Origin: Camelus ferus
Lineage: Eukaryota
Length of the DNA stretch: 64,000 nucleotides
Direction of reading: 5' to 3'
NCBI RefSeq assembly: GCF_009834535.1
Contig: NC_045697.1
Span: 9,054,001-9,118,000, forward strand
Under the pieces are notes generated by a model that saw only the letters and a program-made list of their open reading frames with translations, searched no databases and was not told the origin of the DNA. This document shows positions 1-11,040 of this stretch, piece after piece (position 1 is the stretch's first letter; every line of letters begins with the position of its first letter). Made by a program: the position numbers and the translations under genes.

Positions 1-154
1 CCAATGTTGTCACAGCTGCAAGATGAGTGTAATCTGAGCGGGTCTATCAGTTACCGTTGTCTTTTCCTGCTATAATTCAGTCGAGCCAGATAAAAGCTCT
101 TTCTCTCTTAGGTACCTGTCTAAGTATAAGCAGTCAACCATCTCAAGTTAAGCT

Positions 155-693
155 GGACTTGATAAAGAAGTTGTGGTATATTTATACAATGGAATACTAT
201 TTGGCCATAAAAAATAAGAAAATAATGGCATTTGCAGCAACGTGGATGGACCTGGAGATCGTCATTCTAAGTGAAGTAATCCAGAAAGAGAAAGAAAAAT
301 ACATGATAAAATATGATATCACTTATATGTGGAATCTAAAAAAAAAGAAAGAAAAAAAGAATAGAGGACACTAATGAACCCATCTACAAAACAGAAGCAG
401 ACTCACAGACATAGCTAAACAATTTTATGGTTACTGAGAGAAAGAGGGTGGGTAGGGATAAATTTGGGAGTCTGACATTTGCAAAGGTTAACCACTATAT
501 ATAAAAATAGATAAGAAACAAATCTCTTCTGTATAGCACAGGGAACTATATTCAATATCTTGTAGTAAACTTCAATGAAAAAGAATATGAAAATGGATAT
601 ATGTATATCTACACATGACTGGGACATTATGCTGTACACCAGAAATTGACACATTGTAACTGACTGTATTTCAATTAAAAAATTAAAAAAAAA
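155..693 (+). mobile_element. 5'-truncated LINE-1 (ORF2 C-terminus + 3'UTR + A-tail)
   Basis: Translates as IKKLWYIYTMEYYLAIKNKKIMAFAATWMDLEIVILSEV (L1 ORF2 end), then L1 3'UTR and A-rich tail. Candidate TSD TCAAGTTAAGCT (143-154) / TCAACTTAAGCT (694-705). Confidence 0.92.
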
Positions 694-705
694 TCAACTT
701 AAGCT

Positions 706-993
706 AATGTGGACATTCTTATTACTCTACCATCCTCAACATGTAGCTTCCACCTTGTGGTATAAGATGGCTGCCACTGCTCCACTATCACATCTGCATT
801 TCAGTCAATAGGAAGTAGAAAAGAGACAGGAAGACTGTGCTCCTTATGTATTAAGGGCCTGATCCAACAGTTACAACTCAGCGCTTGAACCTACACACTG
901 TTGACTAGAATATTGTCACATGGGTATACCTAACTTTAAGAAAAATTGAGAAATAAACTCTTTAGCTAGATGGTCCTGTGCCCAGCTAAAATC

Positions 994-1035
<42 letters not shown>

Positions 1036-1119
1036 GTTGTTATTATTGTTATTATTATTATCATTATTATTATTCCCCAGTATAAGTGGCTGGGGAAATA
1101 ACCAGCCACTTTTGTCTCA
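706..1119 (-). mobile_element. MaLR LTR fragment (MLT1J-like)
   Basis: Motifs TAAGATGGCTGCCACTGCTCC..TCACATCTGCATT and GTCACATGG..GCCCAGCTAAAATC resemble reverse-oriented MLT1J/K; interrupted by (ATT)n. Confidence 0.6.
995..1073. repeat. (ATT)n microsatellite with GTT/ATC interruptions
   Basis: Directly visible trinucleotide run. Confidence 0.95.
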
Positions 1120-2362
1120 TGGGAGACATTTTTCTGGCTACTGCCCAAACTCAGCAAAATACAGTAAAATTCCATAAGCACTGACTGGGAGGGTGAATTC
1201 AGTAGGTGACATATGTCAATGTGCCATTTCAGAACAAGGAAACAGTGCCTGAGGTTAAGATGTTAGCATCTGGAGTTTGCATAGAAAAATCTCAGCGTCT
1301 AAAAACATATTGTTTGATGCATGTGTCATACAACAATTAGTGGTAATTTAACTTTTTAATATATCTTAGTGAGAGTGTTTGCCCAATATTCCTAAGAGTA
1401 CTAGGAGTTCTGTGTGGTGGGGGGGAGGAGGGCAGCAGGAGGACAAGGATTGCAAATTTCCATAAAATTAATTACCTGGAAGAAGACATAAAAATTGCAT
1501 AAGTAAAGGTTCTTTCTGTATAATTAACTTTTTATTGTGAAATGACATCATGATTTTATGTATGTATATAAATTGTGTGTGTGTATGTGTATGTGTGTGT
1601 ACACATATACTTAACACGATCCTTAGTATAGTCATGTGATATAATTGGAGAAAGTATAATTTCCATTTTACAGAAATTTGGTGATTAGATCCTGGGCCTG
1701 AAGTTTGAGCCTGAGGCAATGATAAATAAAACTGCTTGGAGTGGGGAGATGCCTCAGGAGAGGATGAAGGTAATTTCCAGTGTGGGTGGAATGTAAACAT
1801 GTGCAGTTAGAGGCTGGACTGTGGTTTTCACAACAGGTCTGAAAATTCTTTGACATTTTTCTCATTGAGGGGTAGCTTCTGATTTCCCTTCTTGTTAGCT
1901 CAGAAGCACAATGATCTTCTTGACGTTTTCCAGTGGGGATCATGGAAGTCTGTCAACATCGGCATTTGAGCTTGCTACTTCTACCTTCATGGTAGAGATG
2001 GAAACCAAACCAAACCAGACCAAACCAGAGAGCGGGTATACCATAAGATGGTCTCATTCACTATTTAAGGCATAATCAAATACTTATTCTAAATATCGGA
2101 GCTCAGTCTGGAGCAAGTAGGGACAATTGGAAGCAACAGAGTGACTGAAGTAATTGATTGCAAGGAAGGATGTGGAGGCAGGGTGTTCTTTGAGGAGGGC
2201 ATCTTAAGAAGTCATCGGTCCACTTGGTCTTTAGAAAGTTTGACCTCACACTATAGTCGAAATTCTGGTAATGGGCAGCCCACCATCAAACACCTTTCTA
2301 GCCAGACTGGACTCCTCAATATCTCCAAAAACATATGTTCATAATTTATTTATACTGTGACT

Positions 2363-2966
2363 TGTGGGAGCCCATGATTGGGTTAACAAATTGTAACAGA
2401 TCCCAGCCGCTTATCTCCTTAAAGAAGATGCACTCAGTAACTGCCTTGAGGTTTTAACAATGACCCAGGCCCCCGGCTATAAACGCTGGGCGTGCCTGCT
2501 GTTAGTCTTCTATCCCCAAAACAGCCTTGGGCTGGAATGGTAAGAAGCTGCAGACTCAGAGGTGAGAAGGCTGGTTAGCCAATGACGGGTAAGACCCCCT
2601 GAGGGGGCAACCTAAGACAGGCACCCGCCTGAGTCCAGGAAAATCTTGTCAAGCAGCTGATTCTCATCGTTCCGCCCTGATAAGCTGAAAGGCTCAACAC
2701 GATTATGATTCACCAAAAAGGGTCTTCTGACCTTGAGCCAAACACCAACAATAAACAAAGCCTTTGTACTCATTGTGATCCCACCCTGTCCTTCCCTAAA
2801 TTCCTGCTTAGACTGTACTCAATAAATATGAGAGATTTGAGAGGCTCGTGAAGTTGGCTCCTGACTCCCTCTCACTCTCTTGACTTTTCCCCAGAGTCCT
2901 GAGTAGTTCATTCCGTCTTGGTGGGACTTCTGCTGGCCAGAGCCCACAACTGGTGACGAACCCACA
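2363..2966 (+). mobile_element. ERV LTR (solo-like), 604 bp
   Basis: TGTGGG...CCCACA inverted termini; flanks GTGACT (2357-2362) / GTGACC (2967-2972); CCAAT and AATAAA (2821) inside. Confidence 0.85.
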
Positions 2967-3084
2967 GTGACCTCCTTCTGAAATACTTTATTCATACCGT
3001 CTCCATCTTTCGGTCTTTCAGGGTCGAGCCAAAAAAAAAATAGATCTCAGGGCTCCCCTCTTCTGATTTCTGAGGAGAACTGTT

Positions 3085-3320
3085 ACACAGTGCAGGGCAA
3101 TAGACAAAGGCTTTGGGTTCGACGACATGTGGTTGCGAGCCCACGGTCTGATGCTTTACCAGTTGTGGGCACAGTACTTAACCTTCATAAGCCTCAGTTA
3201 TCCTTTCCCTAAAATGGGGATAATGTTGATCCTAACAATAATATTGTGCAGAGTGGAGGTCAGGATTAGAGAGAAGATACGTCTAGTAGCTGCCACATGA
3301 TAGGACTGTAGCAGTTGATA
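3085..3320 (+). mobile_element. MIR SINE
   Basis: Core GCCTCAGTTATCCTTTCCCTAAAATGGGGATAATG. Confidence 0.75.
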
Positions 3321-3734
3321 GTTCTTTTCTGTCAGTGCCGTGGTACAGTGTCATCTCGTTCCTTGGCTCCCTTCATTGGCATCGTATCACTTGCTGTCAC
3401 TGACGTCTAGCCTCTGCTGGACTGACCTTGCTTCTCCATTTCTGACCTCTGCCTGAGGTTGCAGCAGTAACCACATCTACATGTATCCTAAATTCCAAGT
3501 TCCTGGAAGGCAGACATCGAACTTTATAACTATTGTGCAAATGTACTCAATGAATGAATGCCAATCAAAAGAAAAAATAAAGAAGGCCTTTTAAAAACAA
3601 TTTTGGCTCTACTGCGTTTGTTTTTAAGGCTTTAGAAGGTGAATAGGGACCTATTTTTACGATTATCAATTGGCTCCTAAGGAGCACATCTAATAGGCTC
3701 TTTTCTGTGATATAATGAAAGGAAACATACGCTG

Positions 3735-3900
3735 TGCACACACTTTGCCTCATTTGATATCCTTGATACCCCTACAAGGCAAATAGCATTAGCATTTCCT
3801 AATCACCGTAAGTGAATTGAGGCTCTGAGAGGTGGTGTGACTTACTCAAGGTAACACAGTTTGGACGGTGGGAAACAAGCACTTGAGCTTATTTCTAACA
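3735..3900 (-). mobile_element. MIR SINE
   Basis: Reverse core GAATTGAGGCTCTGAGAGGTGGTGTGACTTACTCAAGGTAACACAG. Confidence 0.7.
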
Positions 3901-5667
3901 CGCTCTTGTGCTGGGCTGACTCCACTGAGAATGTCCTAGTTGGTAATGGATGTGAAAAGCCCCTTACAGGCTCTGAGTGGAATATGAATGCAGGGGATTA
4001 TTGCCATTATTTCTGGGGCAGGCAAGCTATGACCTCTTGTGGAATCATATATCAACCAGGAAATCCTGTTGCTGTTCACTGAATTGCACCCCAGTGACCC
4101 AAAAGATAATGTATTTCCCAGTGTACTTAACTTAATACTATGGGCTGACCTGTACCTTGAACTGAGCTGGGTGAGTAATATTTAAATGCAGAGTCTGACA
4201 GCTTATAACCCAAGGCAGCTCCTTCCCGGTGGCAAGCTGCCAAACCAGGGAGGGAAGAACAGTGGAACGCGGGGACGAATAAGATTAGGGCTGGATGATG
4301 TTCCTCCAAAAACAACCCATGGTTTAGATTTATTTTTGATACCTCGATGAAAGGAACATCTTTGTTCATTTTAATTATCAAGGGTACTCCTCAGGACATC
4401 TCCCATAGCCACCTTTGGATTGTCAGTTTCAGCTGCCTTCACACTGGGTCAGAACCATTCCATGTTGATTTAAAAACCCAGTGGGGGATCATCTGACTGG
4501 AGTTTGATATCGTGGTTCAACAGCCTGCCTGATCCTCTGGTGCCTGAAAAAAAAAAAAATGCTTGTTGGGCTCTTCTGCAGGCCAGAGTCAGTGGGGAGG
4601 CACAGGGTGGGTGTGTCTGCCTGAATCTGTTAATGCTGGGCTGAAACTACGATTACATCCATAGAGTTGAGAGTATGTTTGAAGTAGGAGAGAGCTTAGA
4701 CATCAGTGCAAAGAGCCTAATTTTATAGACAAGGGGATGGATGCTCAAAAGGGCAAGTGATTTGCCAAATGATTTGTTACCTAAATTCATCAAATTTAGA
4801 CATATATTTCATCTAAATTAGTAAGACGAGGCATTCCTTATCCTCAGTCGCCCGTTCTTTTTGCCCTGTCATGTTGCCAGTGACTGAGAATAACGTCTGT
4901 CCAAGTCAAGAATGACCTAAATGGGCAGCGCTTAGAGAGTCATTCTTCTTTTGCGTTGTAACAACACTCAGTCAATCTGCAAACAGGCATGAGCTCCACT
5001 CAACACCTGACACAGAGAGAGCTGTGAGGAGGTCCTGCAATGTTCTCAGTGAGGCACAAACTTCAAATGATGCTTGGACAATGGGCAACCACTACAGGAT
5101 TGCTGAGTGAGGGCCTTAGGTAGTGGAATATGTTATGTAATTTAGGGATCAAATTTGGGCCATTGCTTTTCATGTTACTCAAGGTTGACACAAAGCAAAA
5201 AATTCTCTAGGAGTCTGGACCTCTGGATTGAATTTGAGGGCACTAATTACTCACAGCCCCTCATCTGTGGGCTTTGAACCAATTGGAAAACAGCTCCAGG
5301 AGCCACATAATGATTAAAAAGAAGTCAGTTTCATGGCAGGTAAAACTTGAATTGGAGATTGGAGCTTAACTCCGGAGCAGCTACCCAATGTAGGGCCTGG
5401 AAAAATCATATCCCAGGGGGCAGGATGTAGGTGTGACCCCCAATCAAAATGGCGATAAAGAGTTAGGGATCAGAAAATTGCCGTAGCCTTCTAGTAGAGA
5501 CATCTTGCTTCCTGGTGAGAAGTGGGTAGAAGAACATGGAGAGGATGAAGGAAGGGTCATGCAGAGGGGAAGAAAAGGCATTAGACACAAGGGACCCCTG
5601 AGGAACTGCAACCCATGCTGCAGAGAAGGGGAGAGGACATAGGCCCCTCAGGGCTTTTTTTCTCCTG

Positions 5668-6230
5668 TTTTAATTTTATCTTGAACTGTGGTAAAATGCA
5701 CAAGACATGCAATTTGCCATTTTAAACATTTTTAAAGTGTACAGTTCACTAATATCAAGTATATCCCCACCGTTGCACAGCCAATCTCTAGAAATTTTTA
5801 TCCTGCAAAACTGAAATTCTCTACCATTTAAATACTATCTTCCCATTCCCTCTTTTTTCCTCAGACCCTGACAACCACCCTTCTATTTTCTGTTTTTATG
5901 AATTTGACTACACCAGGGACCTCACATAAGCAGAATCATTGTCTCTCTTTCTTTCTACCCATATCTGTATTGCTATAGGTAGTTGGCTTATTTTGCTTAG
6001 CACAATGTCCTGAGAGCTTATCCATGGTGTAGCATGTGTCAGAATTCTCTTCCTTTTTAAAGGCTGAATAATATTCCATTGTTTTCCTATTTACCTGTCA
6101 ATGGACACTTGGGTTACTTCCATCTTTTGACTGTTGTGAATATCACTGCTATAAATATGGATGTGCAAATGTCTCTTTGAGACCTTTCTTTCAATCCTTT
6201 TGGGTACATATCCAGAAATGGAAATGCTGG
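5668..6230 (-). mobile_element. Old L1 (L1MB-like) 3' end
   Basis: Reverse L1M 3'UTR motifs GTGGTAAAAT..CATTTTAAACATTTTTAAAGTGTACAGTTCA and GGCTGAATAATATTCCATTG..GGACACTTGGGTT. Confidence 0.85.
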
Positions 6231-6884
6231 CTGGGAGCCTCTCAGTTTTGACCAAGGAAAGCCTGATGCTATTAAAGATTAAACAGAAACCAGAGACCAG
6301 AAACCTACAGGTCTGCAGAGCAGGGATGTCTTCCAGGGCTGGTAGTATTGAAAATCTGCCTTTCCAGGGAGTGAGAGACAGGACTGAGGTTTTGAAGAGT
6401 GACAAGGAAAGTTATAGGGGAGGCAATGAGGTGCTCATCCCTGAAGAGTTGCATCATGGAAGGAGCCTGGAGCTTTGGGTGGGTGTGGGAGAAAGGAGGA
6501 GAGGATTCCTGTCTGTCCTCAGATGGAAAGGGTCTCAAATGTGGTGAGGACTCGATTTGTACCCAGGAGTGTGTTTTGATTTTAATTCTTATTCTAAATG
6601 GAGTGTACATTTGCTTGTATGTGAAAGGTAAGGATAAAGATGTATAAGATCTTTTGTTTAACACAAAGAGGGGAATAGCCAAGACATATATGGTTTGCTG
6701 AATATTGGAGTCTATAACACATGTGTTAGAAGTAAGGCATTCCTGCCCTAAACCCCACCTGTTACGGGGTGAGTGGCCTAAAGGAAAAGCATGTCCAGGC
6801 AGGAGTTTCACTTGCTTCCACACTGCCAATCGCACACCCCTTATTCTAATTCTACGCTGGAAGAAGACCAATGATATACCAACC

Positions 6885-7050
6885 ATTTGTCTACCTCCCC
6901 GCACCCTGGGACACTTAGCCGTGTCGTAGGGACATTTTTGGTTGATTATCACAGCTGGGAGAGGAGGTGCTACTGGCATCTAGTAGTTCACGGCCAGGGA
7001 TGCTGCTAAGCCCCTACAACAAATGTTTCAGCTCCAAATTCAGTCGTGGT
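6885..7050. mobile_element. MER20-like hAT-Charlie MITE
   Basis: GACATTTTTGGTTG..GGTGCTACTGGCATCTAGTAG..GGCCAGGGATGCTGCTAA matches the recalled MER20 core. Confidence 0.8.
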
Positions 7051-7147
7051 AGTAATGAGGTGGGTGAATGTGACTTGCTCTATCTCCAATTTCCTCCTCA
7101 CCAATGCATGCTGAGATACCTCTTCTTTGATTAAGAATGTGAAATGA

Positions 7148-7397
7148 TAGACTGGGATTTCAATATTGTGGAATAGATAAACAAGATTACACTGTATAGC
7201 ACAGGGAAATATATACAAGATCTTATGGTAGCTCACAGAGAAAAAAATGTGACAGTGAATATATGTATGTTCCTGTATAACGGAAAAATTGTGCTCTATA
7301 CTGGAATTTGACACAACATTGTAAAATGATTATAAATCAATAAAAAATGTTTAAAAAAAACCTTTGACAATTATACAACAATGATAAAAAAAAAAAA
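7148..7397 (+). mobile_element. Young 5'-truncated L1 3'UTR insertion with double A-tail
   Basis: Highly similar to the 3'UTR at ~55607-55809; perfect 15-bp TSD AAGAATGTGAAATGA (7133-7147 / 7398-7412); TT/AAGA endonuclease-type site. Confidence 0.95.
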
Positions 7398-8794
7398 AAG
7401 AATGTGAAATGAGGCGGGTCTGAGTAATTTGAGTGCCCAGAGATTCAGAACGAAGATCAGGTTTGCCGGCACCTGTGAGCATTTCTCTGTTCACACCTTG
7501 AGGCTCTGACAGGAAGCAGTCACTGAGGGCTGAAGTTACCACTAAGGAAGGGGAGGGGAGGGAATGAGCATTTATCCAGTGGCTGCCATGCCCGGGGAGC
7601 GCTGCTCTGGGGGATGTGGCTACATCTGTGACCCTCATCACATAATCAGCCCTGTACTGCAGCTTGCTGTGCTGCAGTTCAGAAAACTGAATAGCTTGCA
7701 AAAGGTCACATTCACACCCAGGTCTGTGCTGAACTCGGCTCTCGCCTTTTGAAACTCTGCCCTTTTATTAGAGTATGTGTGATTCAAAATAATTAGGTCA
7801 AAAGCTTCAATAGTAAGTCGCTAGTATCTAGACACTCCATATTCTATTCATTCACTCAAAAAATTGGTTTGAGTGACTCCTGTGTCCCCTGTACCGTGCT
7901 AGGGGCTGGAGAGATGCCGGCTCCCTAGACATAGCATTAAATTATTGGGCAGGACAGGGCAGGTGCTCAAATGTCATTGCCTTGTGCTCCAAACATCCCA
8001 TTGTTGTGTGTGTGTGTGTGTTAAGACAGATTCATCTTGTTTTGAAGCCCAAATGCTGCTTGTTTGTTTCTTTTTATGTTTTAATCTGCAGCTTCTTTAC
8101 CCCAGGCATTTTGACCTGAGTCCCTGAGGACAAGTAAGGGACAGCTCTGAGTGACATGCCTTGTTAGATGGCAGAGGATGCTACACAAAGCTTGTATGCC
8201 TGCATCTGTTCTCTGAGGCTGAACGCTGTCCTCAGGGGGAAAGGGGAGAATGGGGGTTAATACCCCTGCTTCCACTTACTCCTTGAACGAATGGCTCAGC
8301 CTTGCTGTGTCTTGGCTTCCTCACCTGTAGCAGAGAGATGCTCAGAGAAGGACCACGCCAAACTGAGGCTGGGAGGCCCAAATGAAGTGATGCCGGAAGG
8401 AGCAGAATCCTCTTCATCCCAGGGGGACCTGCATTGACACTGTGGGATCTGAGGTCGGCACGGAGGGGAGATTCCAAAACAGATGGCAGTGCCCTCACCT
8501 CACAGCTGCTGCACTGTCTGGGCCAGCAGGGGAAGGGGCACAAGGGCCAGCATTTGGGTGTGGGGAGAAGGAATAAAGTGTCCACAGGAGCTTCAATTAA
8601 GCCAGAAAAACGGTGGTGTCTATTTTTACCCTCAGGGTAGAAAGACCAGAGGAAACATGGACAATGTAAGTTATGGCTGAATAAAAGCCAACAGTAGCAA
8701 ATTGGACAGACCCAATATCATAAACTGGTCTGAGACTACTTCAAAAGCCCCAGAATAACAGTGGTAGAAAATTTTCCCAAAGACTGATGAGTGA

Positions 8795-9000
8795 CAGCTT
8801 CAGATCTCAGCTAATCACTTGTAAGTAGCATGTTTGTACAGTCACATGATTTCTCTGCACCTCAGTCTCCTCATCTGTAAATTAGAAAAAAAAATACTAT
8901 TTCATTTGGTGGCTGTGGATCTTAAATATAATACAATCTACAAAAGCACTTTTCAAACTGTCAAAGCCCTGCACAGGTTTGAGAGGTTGTTATGTTATTT
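8795..9000 (+). mobile_element. MIR SINE
   Basis: Core CTCTGCACCTCAGTCTCCTCATCTGTAAATTAG. Confidence 0.75.
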
Positions 9001-9389
9001 CCAACTAGTTGGAGCTACTGAGGATTTTATTTGGTGGAAAAAAATTCTTCTAGTTCATGTTCAACATGGTAGCATCTTTGTACCTCATATTCTCACTCAT
9101 CAAACACCTTAAAATACGGAGGCACCTAGAGTGTCAGGAACAGAAAAAAATCTATCACCTAATTCAAAGCATCTCCCTCTCTGTAGCTCATTGGAAAGGG
9201 GGTGGAGAGAATTTCTTTTGTTGAGTTTGCTTCAAGAGGGAAAAAGAAAGTTGCGAATAAGAAATGCAAATCTAAGAAGATATCCAGCAATGTGCTTGGG
9301 TTTAATAATTGCTCAAATAAGAGAATCTAGTTTCCAACCCCCTCCTCTGTGAATTCACTCCGGTTCACATTCACAGTATTTTTAGGGCC

Positions 9390-9667
9390 AGGTTTCAATT
9401 AAATGTCACAATCAAAGATCCATCTCAGACCTATCCTTTTCCTATCATATCTCTGTTTATTTTCTTTATCACATCCATCACTATTTGAAATTATGATATT
9501 GTTTGATTTATGTGTTTGACTGATTATTATACCTTCCCCCAGGAGATAAACTCCAAGAAGACAGATAGTCACTTCTGTATCTCCAATGCTTAGCTCAGTG
9601 TCTAGATCATAATGGGAAGTCAATAAATATTTCTTGAGTGAATGAATGAATGAATGAATGAATGAAT
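9390..9667 (+). mobile_element. L2 LINE 3' end
   Basis: Ends TCAATAAATATTTCTTGAGTGAATGAATGAATG..., the L2 (TGAA)n tail. Confidence 0.85.
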
Positions 9668-10199
9668 CCCCAAATCAGGAGTGTTGGGAGGCAGAGGCAA
9701 TGGTAATGGGTCCACTGCTTGCAAGAAGTGTAGCTGGAGCAGAGATGAAGCAGCAGCAGCAAGAAGTGGCAGGGTAGCCTGGAGAGGAAGGGCAAAGGGG
9801 ATGGCTCTCTGGAGCACGAGTCTGTGATGATGGGGACCCTGGCAGCCGGCCCCTGCATGGTGGGCAGCAGACCCTCCAGCCTGGGGCCCCCAGCGGCACG
9901 TGCTATGGGTCTTCAGGACCAGCAGGCACAGCCAAGCATTCTGAGAGCCTCTAGCAAGGAAAGCAAGTGTTGATGCCTGAGGTGGGATGGAAGGGCTGCC
10001 GAGGGAAGGGTTAGGGAAGCAGGGATGCTGGAGGCTGCTCAACGGCCCATCAAGAAAAAAATCACAAAGGCCTTTCAGTGGTCTTTTCCTAGACTGGAGC
10101 CTGGAAACAGCTCTCATTCAGAGAATAGAAAGAAATTTAAAAAACATAAGTGAAATATTCCCCCCCCCAAAGTCCTTTAAAACATCTAACATTTTAAAT

Positions 10200-10415
10200 A
10201 TTTTTGTGTGTTTATGAACTAGGCACTGGGATGAACCCTTTACCCATATTATCTTGTTTAGTCCCCCCAGTGGCTGCTTTCTCTGGTATTCCCATTTTAC
10301 TTACAGGAAAACTGAGGTTCAGAGAGTTGAACTGACTTACCCAAGCAAATAAGTAATGGAGCTGAGATTGGACAGCAGTTCATCTGACTCCAGACTTCAG
10401 TGCTTTAAACTATCA
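10200..10415 (-). mobile_element. MIR SINE
   Basis: CCCATTTTACTTACAGGAAAACTGAGGTTCAGAGAGTTGAACTGACTTACCCAAG. Confidence 0.8.
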
Positions 10416-10569
10416 TTGACATTGTATGAACTGTCTGACTTGGACAACAACCTTTAGAGCCATATAAAAATGGAGCTCTCAGGGTACTGTCCTGAGCACT
10501 CTTCTGTTATTCTCACCCCACACAATGACCAGGGGACGAACTCGATCATTTTCTGTGCATCAGTCCCAC

Positions 10570-11040
10570 AATCGTGATTCTAATCTTCAGGTCCCTATAT
10601 TCAGCTACCTGCTGAAGTCTTAGTCCGGCTGTCCTATAGAAATGTCAGTTCAACGTATCTGTGACTGAATTCACCATTTCCTCCCCACACCCTCTTTCTC
10701 GCAAATATTCCCCATCCTACTTAAGTGATACGTTCATCCAGCCAGCTCCTCCACTAGGAAATCTGGAATTTATTTCTAACATCTCCCTCACTGCATCTTG
10801 AAATGTCGCCCTCCCTAGTCTTGCTTCAATATATTGAGTCCACCCCAGTTGACATTGCCAGCAGTTTATTATTATTGACAATGCAAACTCTTATTTTCAA
10901 CTGTTTCCTTATCTCTGTTATTGCTCCTCACAAATCTACCTTATACAATGTTACTAGCGTAATTTTAAATTAATACTAAAATGTAAACATGATCCTATTG
11001 CTCTTCTGTCATCTCTTCCTATAGCTTATCAGCCCTTGGC
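10570..11040 (+). mobile_element. L2 LINE fragment
   Basis: Pyrimidine-rich L2-type motifs (TATTCAGCTACCTGCTG..GGCTGTCC..CAACGTATCTGTGACTGAATTCACC..AAATCTGGAATT). Confidence 0.6.

Noticed and set aside
4410..4560. Possible - strand exon behind a T-run CAG acceptor
   Set aside because: All three frames contain stops; at most a non-coding exon, with no evidence.
6091..6979. 104-224 aa ORFs
   Set aside because: They run across L1MB and MER20 remnants; no domain similarity or exon structure.
9607..10217. Cluster of 74-165 aa ORFs in a GC-richer patch
   Set aside because: No recognisable protein; several end in the L2 (TGAA)n tail (HSFIHSF); no convincing splice pair.
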